From Ignavibacteria bacterium (GTDB lineage Bacteria; Bacteroidota; Ignavibacteria; Kapaibacteriales; Kapaibacteriaceae): a stretch of 64,000 nt of DNA. The notes beneath the pieces are model-generated. The model searched no databases, was not told the origin of the DNA, and was given only the letters and a program-made list of their open reading frames with translations. The stretch is taken from positions 1,527 to 65,526 of the forward strand of contig CANHFG010000002.1 of the NCBI GenBank assembly GCA_947459875.1, given 5' to 3'. Numbering within the stretch: the stretch's first letter is position 1; every line of letters begins with the position of its first letter. Of the stretch, positions 1 to 8,201 are shown in pieces. A program made the position numbers and the translations under genes.

Positions 1-874
1 CATAGACAACCTCGTTACCCTCTCCACCGCAGTACGTATGCCACTGGCTCTGCAGTGATACTGTGTCCAACCGCGCAACAAATCCGTCATCGTCCTGCGG
101 TGTGCCAATCCGAGTCGGCTGTAGTACACCATTGCCCGGCAGTTTGTCGCTTCGGGTACGTCCGCCGACGTAGACATGTCCAAGCGTGTTGCGCGCACGC
201 ACCACGAGCACCTCGTCGAGGAAGCGACCACCGAAGTACGAAACGACATCTGGCTTGATCTCCCAGCCCGCGGGGGTCTGAAAAAGATCAAGTTTTGCAA
301 CAAAGCCATCCACACCGCCCTGCGGCCCGGCCTGAAATGCATTGGCCGTCGTTTGCAGATCTGGGGACTGTGTGATGCCCCCTACATAGATCGTGTTGCC
401 AACGATGTCGACGGTCGTTGCAATATCTTCTAACGCCCCACCGAGGAACTGGTCCCGTGAAAAGCGCTCTCCATCGGTCCTAAACGTTGATACCGTCGCG
501 TCGACGTTGCCGCCGCATTCACTTGCAAGTGCTCCAACCATCACCAGCACACCTTCGTCGGAGATGGCGATCTCGTAGGGCCTCACACAGCCAAAGTACT
601 GCATCCAGCGCAGTTCACCTGTAGGACTGAATGAGGCAAGGTATCCACCGCCGTTGGCTCTGCTTGTATCGAAGGATGAGGGCACGCCGCGGGCCGCGGG
701 GAAATCCGGGCTTGTGAACACGCCGCAGACGTACACGTTATCATCTTTGTCGACGCATAGATCACGGATCTGATCGTCAACCGAGCCGCCCAGATACGTT
801 GACCATTGAACGGGCAGGATCACCTGTGCGTGTGCGGATATCGACAGCAGGACGGCAAGAAGTATCGATCTCAT
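1..874 (-). CDS. SBBP/beta-propeller-repeat secreted protein, N-terminal ~291 codons (ORF runs off the left edge)
   Basis: Absent from the ORF track because no stop lies in the window. Hand translation from ATG at 874 gives MRSILLAVLLSISAHAQVILPVQWSTYLGGSVDDQIRDLCVDKDDNVYVCGVFTSPDFP... This shows a signal peptide plus YLGGS..D..VD..GN.YV.G.T.S.DFP blades. By eye it is roughly 60% identical to the N-terminus of the 871..3492 product. Its ATG overlaps that gene's TGA (ATGA). Confidence 0.75.
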   Translation of the reverse strand, partial: MRSILLAVLLSISAHAQVILPVQWSTYLGGSVDDQIRDLCVDKDDNVYVCGVFTSPDFPAARGVPSSFDTSRANGGGYLASFSPTGELRWMQYFGCVRPYEIAISDEGVLVMVGALASECGGNVDATVSTFRTDGERFSRDQFLGGALEDIATTVDIVGNTIYVGGITQSPDLQTTANAFQAGPQGGVDGFVAKLDLFQTPAGWEIKPDVVSYFGGRFLDEVLVVRARNTLGHVYVGGRTRSDKLPGNGVLQPTRIGTPQDDDGFVARLDTVSLQSQWHTYCGGEGNEVVY

Positions 875-3492
875 CGCACGACCTCAAAAAGTGTCGAAGC
901 GACCGATGTCTGCGATTGAACGATCAGAACATAGGTGCCCACGGGCAGCCACGATGGAATGGTCCAATCCATTGAATCACCGTAGGTGTCTCCTGTCCCG
1001 AGCGGGATTTCCTGACCAAGAATTGAGACGACGCGGGCGGTTGCTCCGGATAGCTCATCTCCGACAGCACTGGCGATTGCACCATCCGGACCGACCGGGT
1101 TCGAGGCAACCGCAACGACCAGCTTCGATCGTCGGAACGTAATGAAGCGCCCTGTTGAGTCGATGCGGCAAACACCGGCAGTTTTAAAAGGCAGAGAGAT
1201 CGACACCGGATCATTCAAGCACGGATCAAAAACCAGGCTATCAACGATGATCGAGGTTGAGTCCCGATCGCCAAGCGCAACACGCAATTCGAAGAATCCC
1301 AGCGTATCGCTCGAGGGATTCCGCGTACCAGCGATCTTGACCGTGCGCATCGAGTCGTCTGTTGTTCCTTTGCCAAGGGGCCTGGCCGGGAACAGCATGG
1401 TCTTGTTGAATCGCGCATTCACTGACCATGACGTGGGGAGAGACTGCACGTCAGTGCCCGCTGGCGCAGCAAATCGCAGAACAACACGCACGATCGAGCC
1501 AACCTTTGCACTATCGGCACCGGCATAGGAAAGAAGCAGAGGAGTGCTACCGCCAGGTGACGAGGACACTACCGTTACCGTATCAGTTTGAGCGATGCAA
1601 CCGTCAGAAGAGATCAGCAGAGCACTGTACCTTCCCGGCGTCCGCACGCGCAGCGTGGTGTCCTGGGTGGAAACACCGTTTGACCACACCACGTGCTGAA
1701 CACGTTTGTTACTATTGACCCTCAGAAGCACTCCCGACGTGTCGCAGATACCGACAGTGTCTGCCGGTGTGATGTAACCATTCGGAATCACTCCTGCACG
1801 GATCTCAATGGCGTCCCTGATTTCACAGTAGCCATCGAACGAATAGGTCACCTCGTACCGACCAGGAGCCAGAACCAAACGCGTCGGGCTTGTTTGGCCA
1901 TCCCGCCAACGAACTACTAATGGTTCCGGTTGCAGTGATAGTATTGAACTTTCACCGGTCGCACAAAGAACCGAGTCCGATGCGGTGAGCCGGGCTGTGC
2001 GCGACTTGCAACCACTCATCTTTGCAAGAAAGCCGTTGCGACCGTTGCCAACCTTCGTCCGCTGGAAGATGGGGCCCGGCGCGTTGGTCCCGGGCATGAG
2101 TATACTCGTGGTACTCCCGCAGATGTAGCTTGCACCTGGTCCTGCGTCATTTCCGCCAAAACCGAAACGGGCCTGCTCCGCGTCGAGCGTTAACTCGTCA
2201 CCTGAACCTCTGAATTCCTGAGGAATGGCCACCATGCCAGGTGGTACAATCACATTCCAGCGATACGCGTCAAAATTTGACGGAGGATTCAGACCGTTGA
2301 TCTGACCGTTTGAAAACAGTAGCGGGCCTAGGTTTCCTGCTGTTGTGCGCGGGAACGAGGTAACAATGTCATCGGCCAACGTCGATATCTGCCTCGTCGA
2401 GACCACAACTCCCTGGTCTTCTGCGAGCTCAAAGAAGAAAGCATCGCCACCAAGCGATGTACCACCTTCAAAACGAGCGCTGTTGCCGGGTTGACCCGGA
2501 ATAGCGAAGTTGCCACCGTTGAACGTGCCACATACTCTGACAAATTGAGCCGTGTCAACAGGCGGGTTATCATAGAACGTAAAGGCCTGAAGGCCATATA
2601 CAACGTCGTTGCCCAACCCACCGCAGAACATCGACCACCGAGAAATGACCGAACCACTATCGAGCAATGCGACGAAACCGTCGTCATCGTAAATACTGCC
2701 GGGGCGCACAGTCTGCACAAATGGATTTTCTGGCAGCTTGTCGCTGCGTGTGCGGCCACCGACCAGTATGCCACCATCCGAATCGCGTATCCGCAGCACC
2801 AGTATCTCGTCGAGATATCGCCCTCCGAAATATGTCGTCACGTCCGGCAAGAGGATCCATCCATTGGGCGTCAGCAGCAGGTCGAGCTTTGCTATGAAAC
2901 CGTCGCCCTTGTCATTTGCTCCCGGACCGTCACCTAGATAACTGGGTTGAAAGGCACGCAGGATGGGAAAGTCCGTAGACTTCGTGATACCCCCTACGTA
3001 GATCGTGTTTCCGACAATGTCGACGGTGGTGGCGATATCTTCTCCGGAGCCTCCCAGATACGCCTCACCGGAAACACGCTCGCCGAACGTGTTGAACGTG
3101 GCAACAACGGCGTCCACGCGGCCACATGCTTCAGCGGAAACGCCGACCATTACCAACACCCCCTCATCGTTGATGTCAAGCTCGTGCGGGCGAACGCAAT
3201 TGAAGTGCTGGAGCCAGCGCAGTTGCCCGTCTGGACTGAACGATGCCAGGTAGCCGCCCGGACCGGCTGTGTCGGTTGATGTAGGGACGTTAAGGGGCTT
3301 GGGGAAATCCGGACTTGTGAAAACACCGCAGACGTATACGTTATCAGCCTTGTCAACGCACAGATCACGCATCTGATCGTCACCCGAGCCACCGAGGTAG
3401 GTTGCCCATTCTACTTGGAGAGTATCCTGCGCAGAGACCTGGACAGAGGCGCCTATCCACATGATAAACAACCACTTATGCAGACGCCACAT
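871..3492 (-). CDS. Secreted SBBP beta-propeller-repeat protein with T9SS C-terminal sorting domain
   Basis: ORF 871..3588. The likely start is M33 (ATG at 3492), giving signal peptide MWRLHKWLFIMWIGASVQVSAQ. It has repeated YLGGSG.D..VD..GN.YV.G.T.S.DFP motifs. The last ~80 aa (..ARVVSILGQEIPLG..GTYVLIVQSQTSVASTLFEVVR) resemble a Por_Secre_tail/T9SS CTD. Confidence 0.8.
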   Translation of the reverse strand: MWRLHKWLFIMWIGASVQVSAQDTLQVEWATYLGGSGDDQMRDLCVDKADNVYVCGVFTSPDFPKPLNVPTSTDTAGPGGYLASFSPDGQLRWLQHFNCVRPHELDINDEGVLVMVGVSAEACGRVDAVVATFNTFGERVSGEAYLGGSGEDIATTVDIVGNTIYVGGITKSTDFPILRAFQPSYLGDGPGANDKGDGFIAKLDLLLTPNGWILLPDVTTYFGGRYLDEILVLRIRDSDGGILVGGRTRSDKLPENPFVQTVRPGSIYDDDGFVALLDSGSVISRWSMFCGGLGNDVVYGLQAFTFYDNPPVDTAQFVRVCGTFNGGNFAIPGQPGNSARFEGGTSLGGDAFFFELAEDQGVVVSTRQISTLADDIVTSFPRTTAGNLGPLLFSNGQINGLNPPSNFDAYRWNVIVPPGMVAIPQEFRGSGDELTLDAEQARFGFGGNDAGPGASYICGSTTSILMPGTNAPGPIFQRTKVGNGRNGFLAKMSGCKSRTARLTASDSVLCATGESSILSLQPEPLVVRWRDGQTSPTRLVLAPGRYEVTYSFDGYCEIRDAIEIRAGVIPNGYITPADTVGICDTSGVLLRVNSNKRVQHVVWSNGVSTQDTTLRVRTPGRYSALLISSDGCIAQTDTVTVVSSSPGGSTPLLLSYAGADSAKVGSIVRVVLRFAAPAGTDVQSLPTSWSVNARFNKTMLFPARPLGKGTTDDSMRTVKIAGTRNPSSDTLGFFELRVALGDRDSTSIIVDSLVFDPCLNDPVSISLPFKTAGVCRIDSTGRFITFRRSKLVVAVASNPVGPDGAIASAVGDELSGATARVVSILGQEIPLGTGDTYGDSMDWTIPSWLPVGTYVLIVQSQTSVASTLFEVVR

Positions 3493-3675
3493 GCGAACAT
3501 GCAACCCCGAAGGCGATCGATGTATGTCGAATTTCGTCTGCATGTCTCCGGAGCTGATGGGTACTTTTTCGTGCCGAAGTCGTAACACCCCCGGAACAGG
3601 AAAATGTCACAGAGTTTTTTTCTGAAAATAAATCTGTAACAAAATTGGTGCATGCGGGTGTTATGACCACGTTCG

Positions 3676-4236
3676 ATGAACACGACCAAACCTACGATAG
3701 TACTGAACGAAGATCTCCAGCAGCGCCTGGCGAATCCACGTGAGCGCAACAAAGCATTTGGAGAGCTTTATGATCTGTTGTCGCGACACGTATATGCGTA
3801 TGCTCTGCGCATGACATCGAGTCCCAGCGATGCGTCGGACGTCACGCAAGAGACATTCATTCGCATTCATGCGCATCTTGTTCGGGGCAATACGCTCGTC
3901 GATCCGCTACCGTTTTGTCTGCTGATCGCTCGGCAGCGTGTGATCAACATGCAGCGCGATCGGAAAAAGACGGTTGAGGTGGATGAACATCATAGTGTGT
4001 TCGATCCATACGTGGACATAGAACGCGAGAACATTCGTGCGCACGTTGAACATGCCGTGGCTCGTCTCCCGCTGCTGCTGCGCGATGCTTTTGTTTTGCG
4101 GTACTACGATGGGCTCTCGTATGAGGCGATCGCTGCGTTGATCGCGGAGACTGCAGGAACCGCGCGTATGCGCGTGCATCGCGCCAAAGCCATACTCCGT
4201 CAGGAGCTTGTGCATTTGAAAAAGGAATCCGAATAA
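3676..4236 (+). CDS. ECF-type sigma-70 family RNA polymerase sigma factor (copy A)
   Basis: 186 aa. Region 2-like DASDVTQETFIRIH and region 4 HTH LSYEAIAALIAETAGTARMRVHRAKAILRQEL are present. The stop overlaps the next ATG (TAATG). Confidence 0.85.
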   Translation: MNTTKPTIVLNEDLQQRLANPRERNKAFGELYDLLSRHVYAYALRMTSSPSDASDVTQETFIRIHAHLVRGNTLVDPLPFCLLIARQRVINMQRDRKKTVEVDEHHSVFDPYVDIERENIRAHVEHAVARLPLLLRDAFVLRYYDGLSYEAIAALIAETAGTARMRVHRAKAILRQELVHLKKESE

Positions 4237-5315
4237 TGCGTGCCAGTGCTTACATCCTTGTTCAGCGATATCTCGATGGAGAGCTCAATGAGCTTGAACT
4301 TGAGGCCTTTCATAGGGATCTCTCGAACGATCCTGTGCTTGCGTCAATCCTTGAGCGCGAGGTTCAACTTGATTCGGCGATCATCAATGATTCGTACTCC
4401 ATTGAGCCCCCTACTGAGTTGCGTGCTGCTGTGCTGGGGTCTATCTCTGATTCCGGATCATCGTGGAACCTCAACTTCTTCGGTCGCATGTTCCTGAGCA
4501 CCGCGATCGGCGCTGTTCTCTTGCTTACCTCACTTGTTGGTGTTGGGACAGACAGCATGCGCCCTGTGGACGCGTCCGTGATGAACCCCACCCCTGCATC
4601 TGCATCGACATTTGCATCGACATCTGCATCGATATCAACATCATCGGTCGAGTTACTGCAGGCAAACCGTTCGAGGTCCGAATCACGTGCGGTGATCAGC
4701 ACGACCACGTCGAACTCTGAATCTTCCTCGTCGAGTGAACCTTTCACCGAAGCCGAGAGTCCTGAAGTCTTCATCGAACCAACACGTCTCGCCCAGCTGC
4801 CATTTGAAAGTATGCAGCGTTCTTTGCGTGAGCAGCAGTCTGATATGTTCCTTGGTCTGGGGCTAGCATCAATGCCTTCACTTCCCGGTGGTCTCTTTGG
4901 AGGCATGGTCGGCACGAATACGGCCTCGCTACGCTACGAGCTTGATCTGCTCGAAGGATCGCCAGTATTCGTCGAAGCAGGGGGCTTGCAGCAGCCGCGC
5001 ACATCAACAGCATACGTCAATGGCGAAGCTACTTCCGTTGTTGCCTCTGGCATCACGCCGTTTCTAAGTATCGGTCTTGCTGGTGTGCTTTTTGATCAGA
5101 ACACGATAGGTTATGCCATAAACGGCTCTGCATCGATCGGCATTACGAGCGTCGGACCACTTGCCATGGCAGACGTATCCGCATCGATTCTTGATCTCGG
5201 CTTCAGCACAGTTGATGTTGGCGTTCGCCTGTCGACTCTATTTGATGTCGGCCCTGCTCAGCGTGCATACTTCAATGCCACTCCTTTCCTGAGAGTGGGC
5301 CTACCGCTGTACTAA
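4236..5315 (+). CDS. Membrane-anchored anti-sigma-factor-like protein with Ser/Thr-rich linker and beta-strand-rich C-terminal domain (copy A)
   Basis: Translationally coupled to the sigma gene. The N-terminus YLDGELNELELEAFHRDLSNDPVL is anti-sigma-like. One TM segment (FFGRMFLSTAIGAVLLLTSLVGVG) is followed by a low-complexity S/T/A linker. The C-terminal ~150 aa has alternating hydrophobic residues and ends ..YFNATPFLRVGLPLY. Confidence 0.65.
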   Translation: MRASAYILVQRYLDGELNELELEAFHRDLSNDPVLASILEREVQLDSAIINDSYSIEPPTELRAAVLGSISDSGSSWNLNFFGRMFLSTAIGAVLLLTSLVGVGTDSMRPVDASVMNPTPASASTFASTSASISTSSVELLQANRSRSESRAVISTTTSNSESSSSSEPFTEAESPEVFIEPTRLAQLPFESMQRSLREQQSDMFLGLGLASMPSLPGGLFGGMVGTNTASLRYELDLLEGSPVFVEAGGLQQPRTSTAYVNGEATSVVASGITPFLSIGLAGVLFDQNTIGYAINGSASIGITSVGPLAMADVSASILDLGFSTVDVGVRLSTLFDVGPAQRAYFNATPFLRVGLPLY

Positions 5316-5556
5316 GCAGAAGACTCTGTGAATGACATTGGCACATGCGACCATTGTTCGGCTGTGTCACTGACAAGCTCGTATTTTGCCAGGGGCGATG
5401 TCAACGTTATCGCGTAGGGCAAATGGCCAGCAATCTTCGAAGCTGAGTCGCAGCGGGCATTGACCCCGGAGTAGCAAATCACTCCAGCAACATGTTCGGG
5501 ATTTCGTGTACATTCCATCATGTACAAAGGTTGTCAATAACACTGTGGTCTGACCT

Positions 5557-7476
5557 ATGGCGGACACCGACGCGGAACGCAGTATCAAAAGGCCGGGTTG
5601 TACTTCGATGATGTGTTTCGGCTTCTTCTCTACGTTGACCATTGCTCTGGCAGGTCTGCTTGGTTGCTATTCCGCCCAAGCGGCTGCTGATACGTCTTGC
5701 CTGCCAAGCTACACACTAGAGCTCGTTGGTGACATCGAGGACATGGCGTCTACCCAAGAGCTTGTTACTCACGAGCACATCCCTTTTCTGCATGAGCCCC
5801 CTACTGATCTACAGCAACGAATAGAGAACTGGCGAAGCGGGCCGCCTATTGTTCCGGTGGCAATCGATAACCACCTTATTCCGAGTGATTTCAAGTCCCC
5901 CGTGTCAAGGGGCTTTGAGTTGGTCGCTAGTACGATTAACCCGCCGGACAACACGATGGCTATCAATACAGACGGGATACTTGTATGCGCGATCAACAGC
6001 CGCTTGATCATCTGTGATACAGCTGGTAAACGCTTGTTTGATCGCGGATTGAGCTCGTTCTTTACGAGCAGTCTCAACGGACCCGTGCTTAGCCGATTCT
6101 TCTGCGATCCACGTGTGGTTTACGATACCTATGCCGCAAGATTCATCGTCTCAGCCATGACGTGTGAGGGCAGCTCTACAACATCGCAACTACTTCTTGC
6201 TGTGTCGAAGAGTCAAAACCCTCTTGATGGTTGGTGGTTCTATCAGATCGCAGGTAATCAATCGCCCCCGCTTGCGGTACGGACGTGGTTCGATTTCCCT
6301 AACATATCTGTCAATCGGAATGATGTCTTCATAACGACGAATCTCTTTACAGATAATGGAGACTACCGACAGGCCGCAGTATTCCAGCTGCGCAAGCAGC
6401 CCCTGCTAAGTGGTTCACTTCCATCGCAAACCGATCTGCGAACGCACCTATCACTCGAGGGACAACCCTACGCGCTGTTTCCAGTTCCTAATGCGTCAGG
6501 CGATGGTTCTACTAGCACGGTCCTGATCTCGAATGGCCTTGGAAGCGAAGACAAGTCAACGATAGCCTTGTATGAATTTACCGGCTCTACCGACAATGGA
6601 CTGGTGATCAGGCGGACGCAGGTTAACGTGCCGACGTTTCGGCAACCAGCCTTTGCGCGGCAGCCGCAATCAAGCGTCATACTATCGTGCTTCGACCAGA
6701 GAGGGGCAGGGGGCTTGTTCATCGACGGTAAGATCCACTATGTGTTTACCGTAGACAACCGTAATGGAAATTCTGCAATCATGTATCTCGTGCTTGAGCA
6801 ACGCAATGCCTCGTGGAGAGTTGCGGCATCGCGCCTGATATCGCAGCCCGATCGCAGTCTGGCATATCCCTCGATTGCCAGTATGAGCCCGAGCAACAGG
6901 GAACCCAACATCGTGCTAACCTATACGTATGCGAGTAGCCAATTGCCCCCTGGCATCGCGGCTCGCATCATCAACAGTAAGCTTGAGTTGTCGGATGAAC
7001 GTATTGTTCGTGTTGGTGACGGATCAGTACAGTTTCAGTCGATCGATAACTTCAGCAGGTGGGCAGACTACACGGCTACCGTTACGGACATTTCAGGGTC
7101 CACGCCAGCCGCATGGATCTTTGCTCCGTACGGAAGCCGTACTGGTGTCTGGAATAACTATGTCGCAAGGGTCTCTCTTGATTCACCGACAACCTCCGTA
7201 ACCAAAGAAGCGAACAGACTTGGTACAATCGAGCTCTATCCGCAGCCGATCTCGCAAGAGGCTGTCTCGATACGCTACAATACAGACCAAGAGGAGCAGG
7301 TTACGCTTCAGGTCTATTCATTAACAGGTGAGGCTCTTTCTGAAAAACATGCCGGTTTTGCAGTGCCAGGCATTAACACATACCACTACAATGTTGGCGA
7401 TCTGCCCCCGGGCGCATACGGACTGTTACTTCGTACCGACAAAGGCAAGTGCCACAACGTTACGTTTCAACGCTAG
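5557..7476 (+). CDS. Secreted protein of unknown function with T9SS C-terminal sorting domain
   Basis: 639-aa ORF. A signal-like segment MMCFGFFSTLTIALAGLLGCYSAQAA suggests an alternative start at 5608. The C-terminal ~80 aa (IELYPQPISQEAVSIRYNTDQEEQVTLQVYSLTGEAL..GAYGLLLRTDKGKCHNVTFQR) is a typical T9SS CTD. I recognise no family for the central ~500 aa. Confidence 0.7.
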   Translation: MADTDAERSIKRPGCTSMMCFGFFSTLTIALAGLLGCYSAQAAADTSCLPSYTLELVGDIEDMASTQELVTHEHIPFLHEPPTDLQQRIENWRSGPPIVPVAIDNHLIPSDFKSPVSRGFELVASTINPPDNTMAINTDGILVCAINSRLIICDTAGKRLFDRGLSSFFTSSLNGPVLSRFFCDPRVVYDTYAARFIVSAMTCEGSSTTSQLLLAVSKSQNPLDGWWFYQIAGNQSPPLAVRTWFDFPNISVNRNDVFITTNLFTDNGDYRQAAVFQLRKQPLLSGSLPSQTDLRTHLSLEGQPYALFPVPNASGDGSTSTVLISNGLGSEDKSTIALYEFTGSTDNGLVIRRTQVNVPTFRQPAFARQPQSSVILSCFDQRGAGGLFIDGKIHYVFTVDNRNGNSAIMYLVLEQRNASWRVAASRLISQPDRSLAYPSIASMSPSNREPNIVLTYTYASSQLPPGIAARIINSKLELSDERIVRVGDGSVQFQSIDNFSRWADYTATVTDISGSTPAAWIFAPYGSRTGVWNNYVARVSLDSPTTSVTKEANRLGTIELYPQPISQEAVSIRYNTDQEEQVTLQVYSLTGEALSEKHAGFAVPGINTYHYNVGDLPPGAYGLLLRTDKGKCHNVTFQR

Positions 7477-7884
7477 TCGACTCCGATTGTTGGGCATATG
7501 AGTATCTGTAAGATGGCTGTTCGAACCCTGCTACAACTATGCTCGAATTGATTTCAACAATGAGTGGAGCTTGTGCTGGCGGCGGCTCAATAGAGAATAG
7601 TCATCATACGTAACCATGCATCGAGGTCTATGAACCCCATAATCGCCAACTTGCTCAGCTTTAAGGATCTTTCCGACGACATAAAGCTCGTCGCCCAATC
7701 CTGCGGTCTCTAGATCGCACGTGCCCTCATCGCCAGCTGCCAGGGCATTCAGGTCCATGTGCCACGCCATGAGAACATCGCCGAAGTTGTTCGTCGATCC
7801 ATCCGCACACGTACCGGTGACCGATCACTTATCGACTCCGAGATCAAGGCGATGGCTACCGAGCTGTGGAACAAGTATCAGATT

Positions 7885-7947
7885 GGGCAACCACAAAGGG
7901 TCGTTGGGGAGCCACAAAGGGTCGTTGGGCAACCACAAAGGGTCGCC
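7885..7947. repeat. 3 x 21-bp direct tandem repeat (GGGSARCCACAAAGGGTCGYY)
   Basis: Read directly: gggcaaccacaaagggtcgtt / ggggagccacaaagggtcgtt / gggcaaccacaaagggtcgcc. Confidence 0.9.
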
Positions 7948-7953
7948 CTACAG

Positions 7954-8040
7954 GTAATCCCGTAATCCCGTAATTCCGTAATTCCGTAATCCCGTAATCC
8001 CGTAATCCCGTAATTCCGTAATTCCGTAATTCCGTAATTA
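7954..8040. repeat. About 11 x 8-bp tandem repeat GTAATYCC
   Basis: Units in order are CCC, CCC, TCC, TCC, CCC, CCC, CCC, TCC, TCC, TCC, then a truncated gtaatta. The array abuts the terminator hairpin downstream of tRNA-Lys. Confidence 0.95.
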
Positions 8041-8074
8041 AAAAAGGCCTTCGTCTCTCGCGAAACGAAGGCCT
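8039..8074 (-). terminator. Rho-independent terminator downstream of tRNA-Lys
   Basis: 10-bp stem aggccttcgt/acgaaggcct (8045-8054 / 8065-8074). On the minus strand it is followed by a T-run (A-run 8040-8045 on plus). Confidence 0.75.
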
Positions 8075-8080
8075 GTAATG

Positions 8081-8154
8081 TGCTCCCTCGGGGACTCGAA
8101 CCCCGGACCCACTGATTAAGAGTCAGTTGCTCTAACCAGCTGAGCTAAGGAAGC
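8081..8154 (-). tRNA. tRNA-Lys (anticodon CTT)
   Basis: The reverse complement folds by hand into a cloverleaf: gcttcct ta gctc agctggtta gagc a actga CTCTTAA tcagt gggtc cgggg ttcgagt ccccg agggagc a. Length is 74 nt and no CCA is encoded. Confidence 0.9.
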
Positions 8155-8201
8155 CCGCAAAGATACGGGCATGGCAGAAATCTGCAAGGGGGCTAAGCGG
8201 C

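Noticed and set aside
4590-4640. 12-nt periodic DNA repeat (gcatcgacatct-like) inside the anti-sigma A linker. I considered it as a contingency repeat.
   Set aside because: It is only about 3 imperfect copies. It is in-frame (a multiple of 3) and encodes the low-complexity S/T/A linker, so it is adequately explained by that.
7537-7824. Minus-strand ORF (77 aa from ATG 7770; open back to 7824) in the gap behind tRNA-Lys. I considered it as a small gene or toxin-antitoxin fragment.
   Set aside because: It has no recognisable motif, no ribosome-binding site and lower GC than real genes here, and it overlaps an equally unconvincing plus-strand ORF. It may be a decayed gene fragment, but I cannot support a call.
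7885-8040. CRISPR array as an explanation for the repeat blocks (also 13036..13173 and 22543..22647).
   Set aside because: The units are 7-21 bp and directly abutting with no spacers. No cas genes are present in the window.
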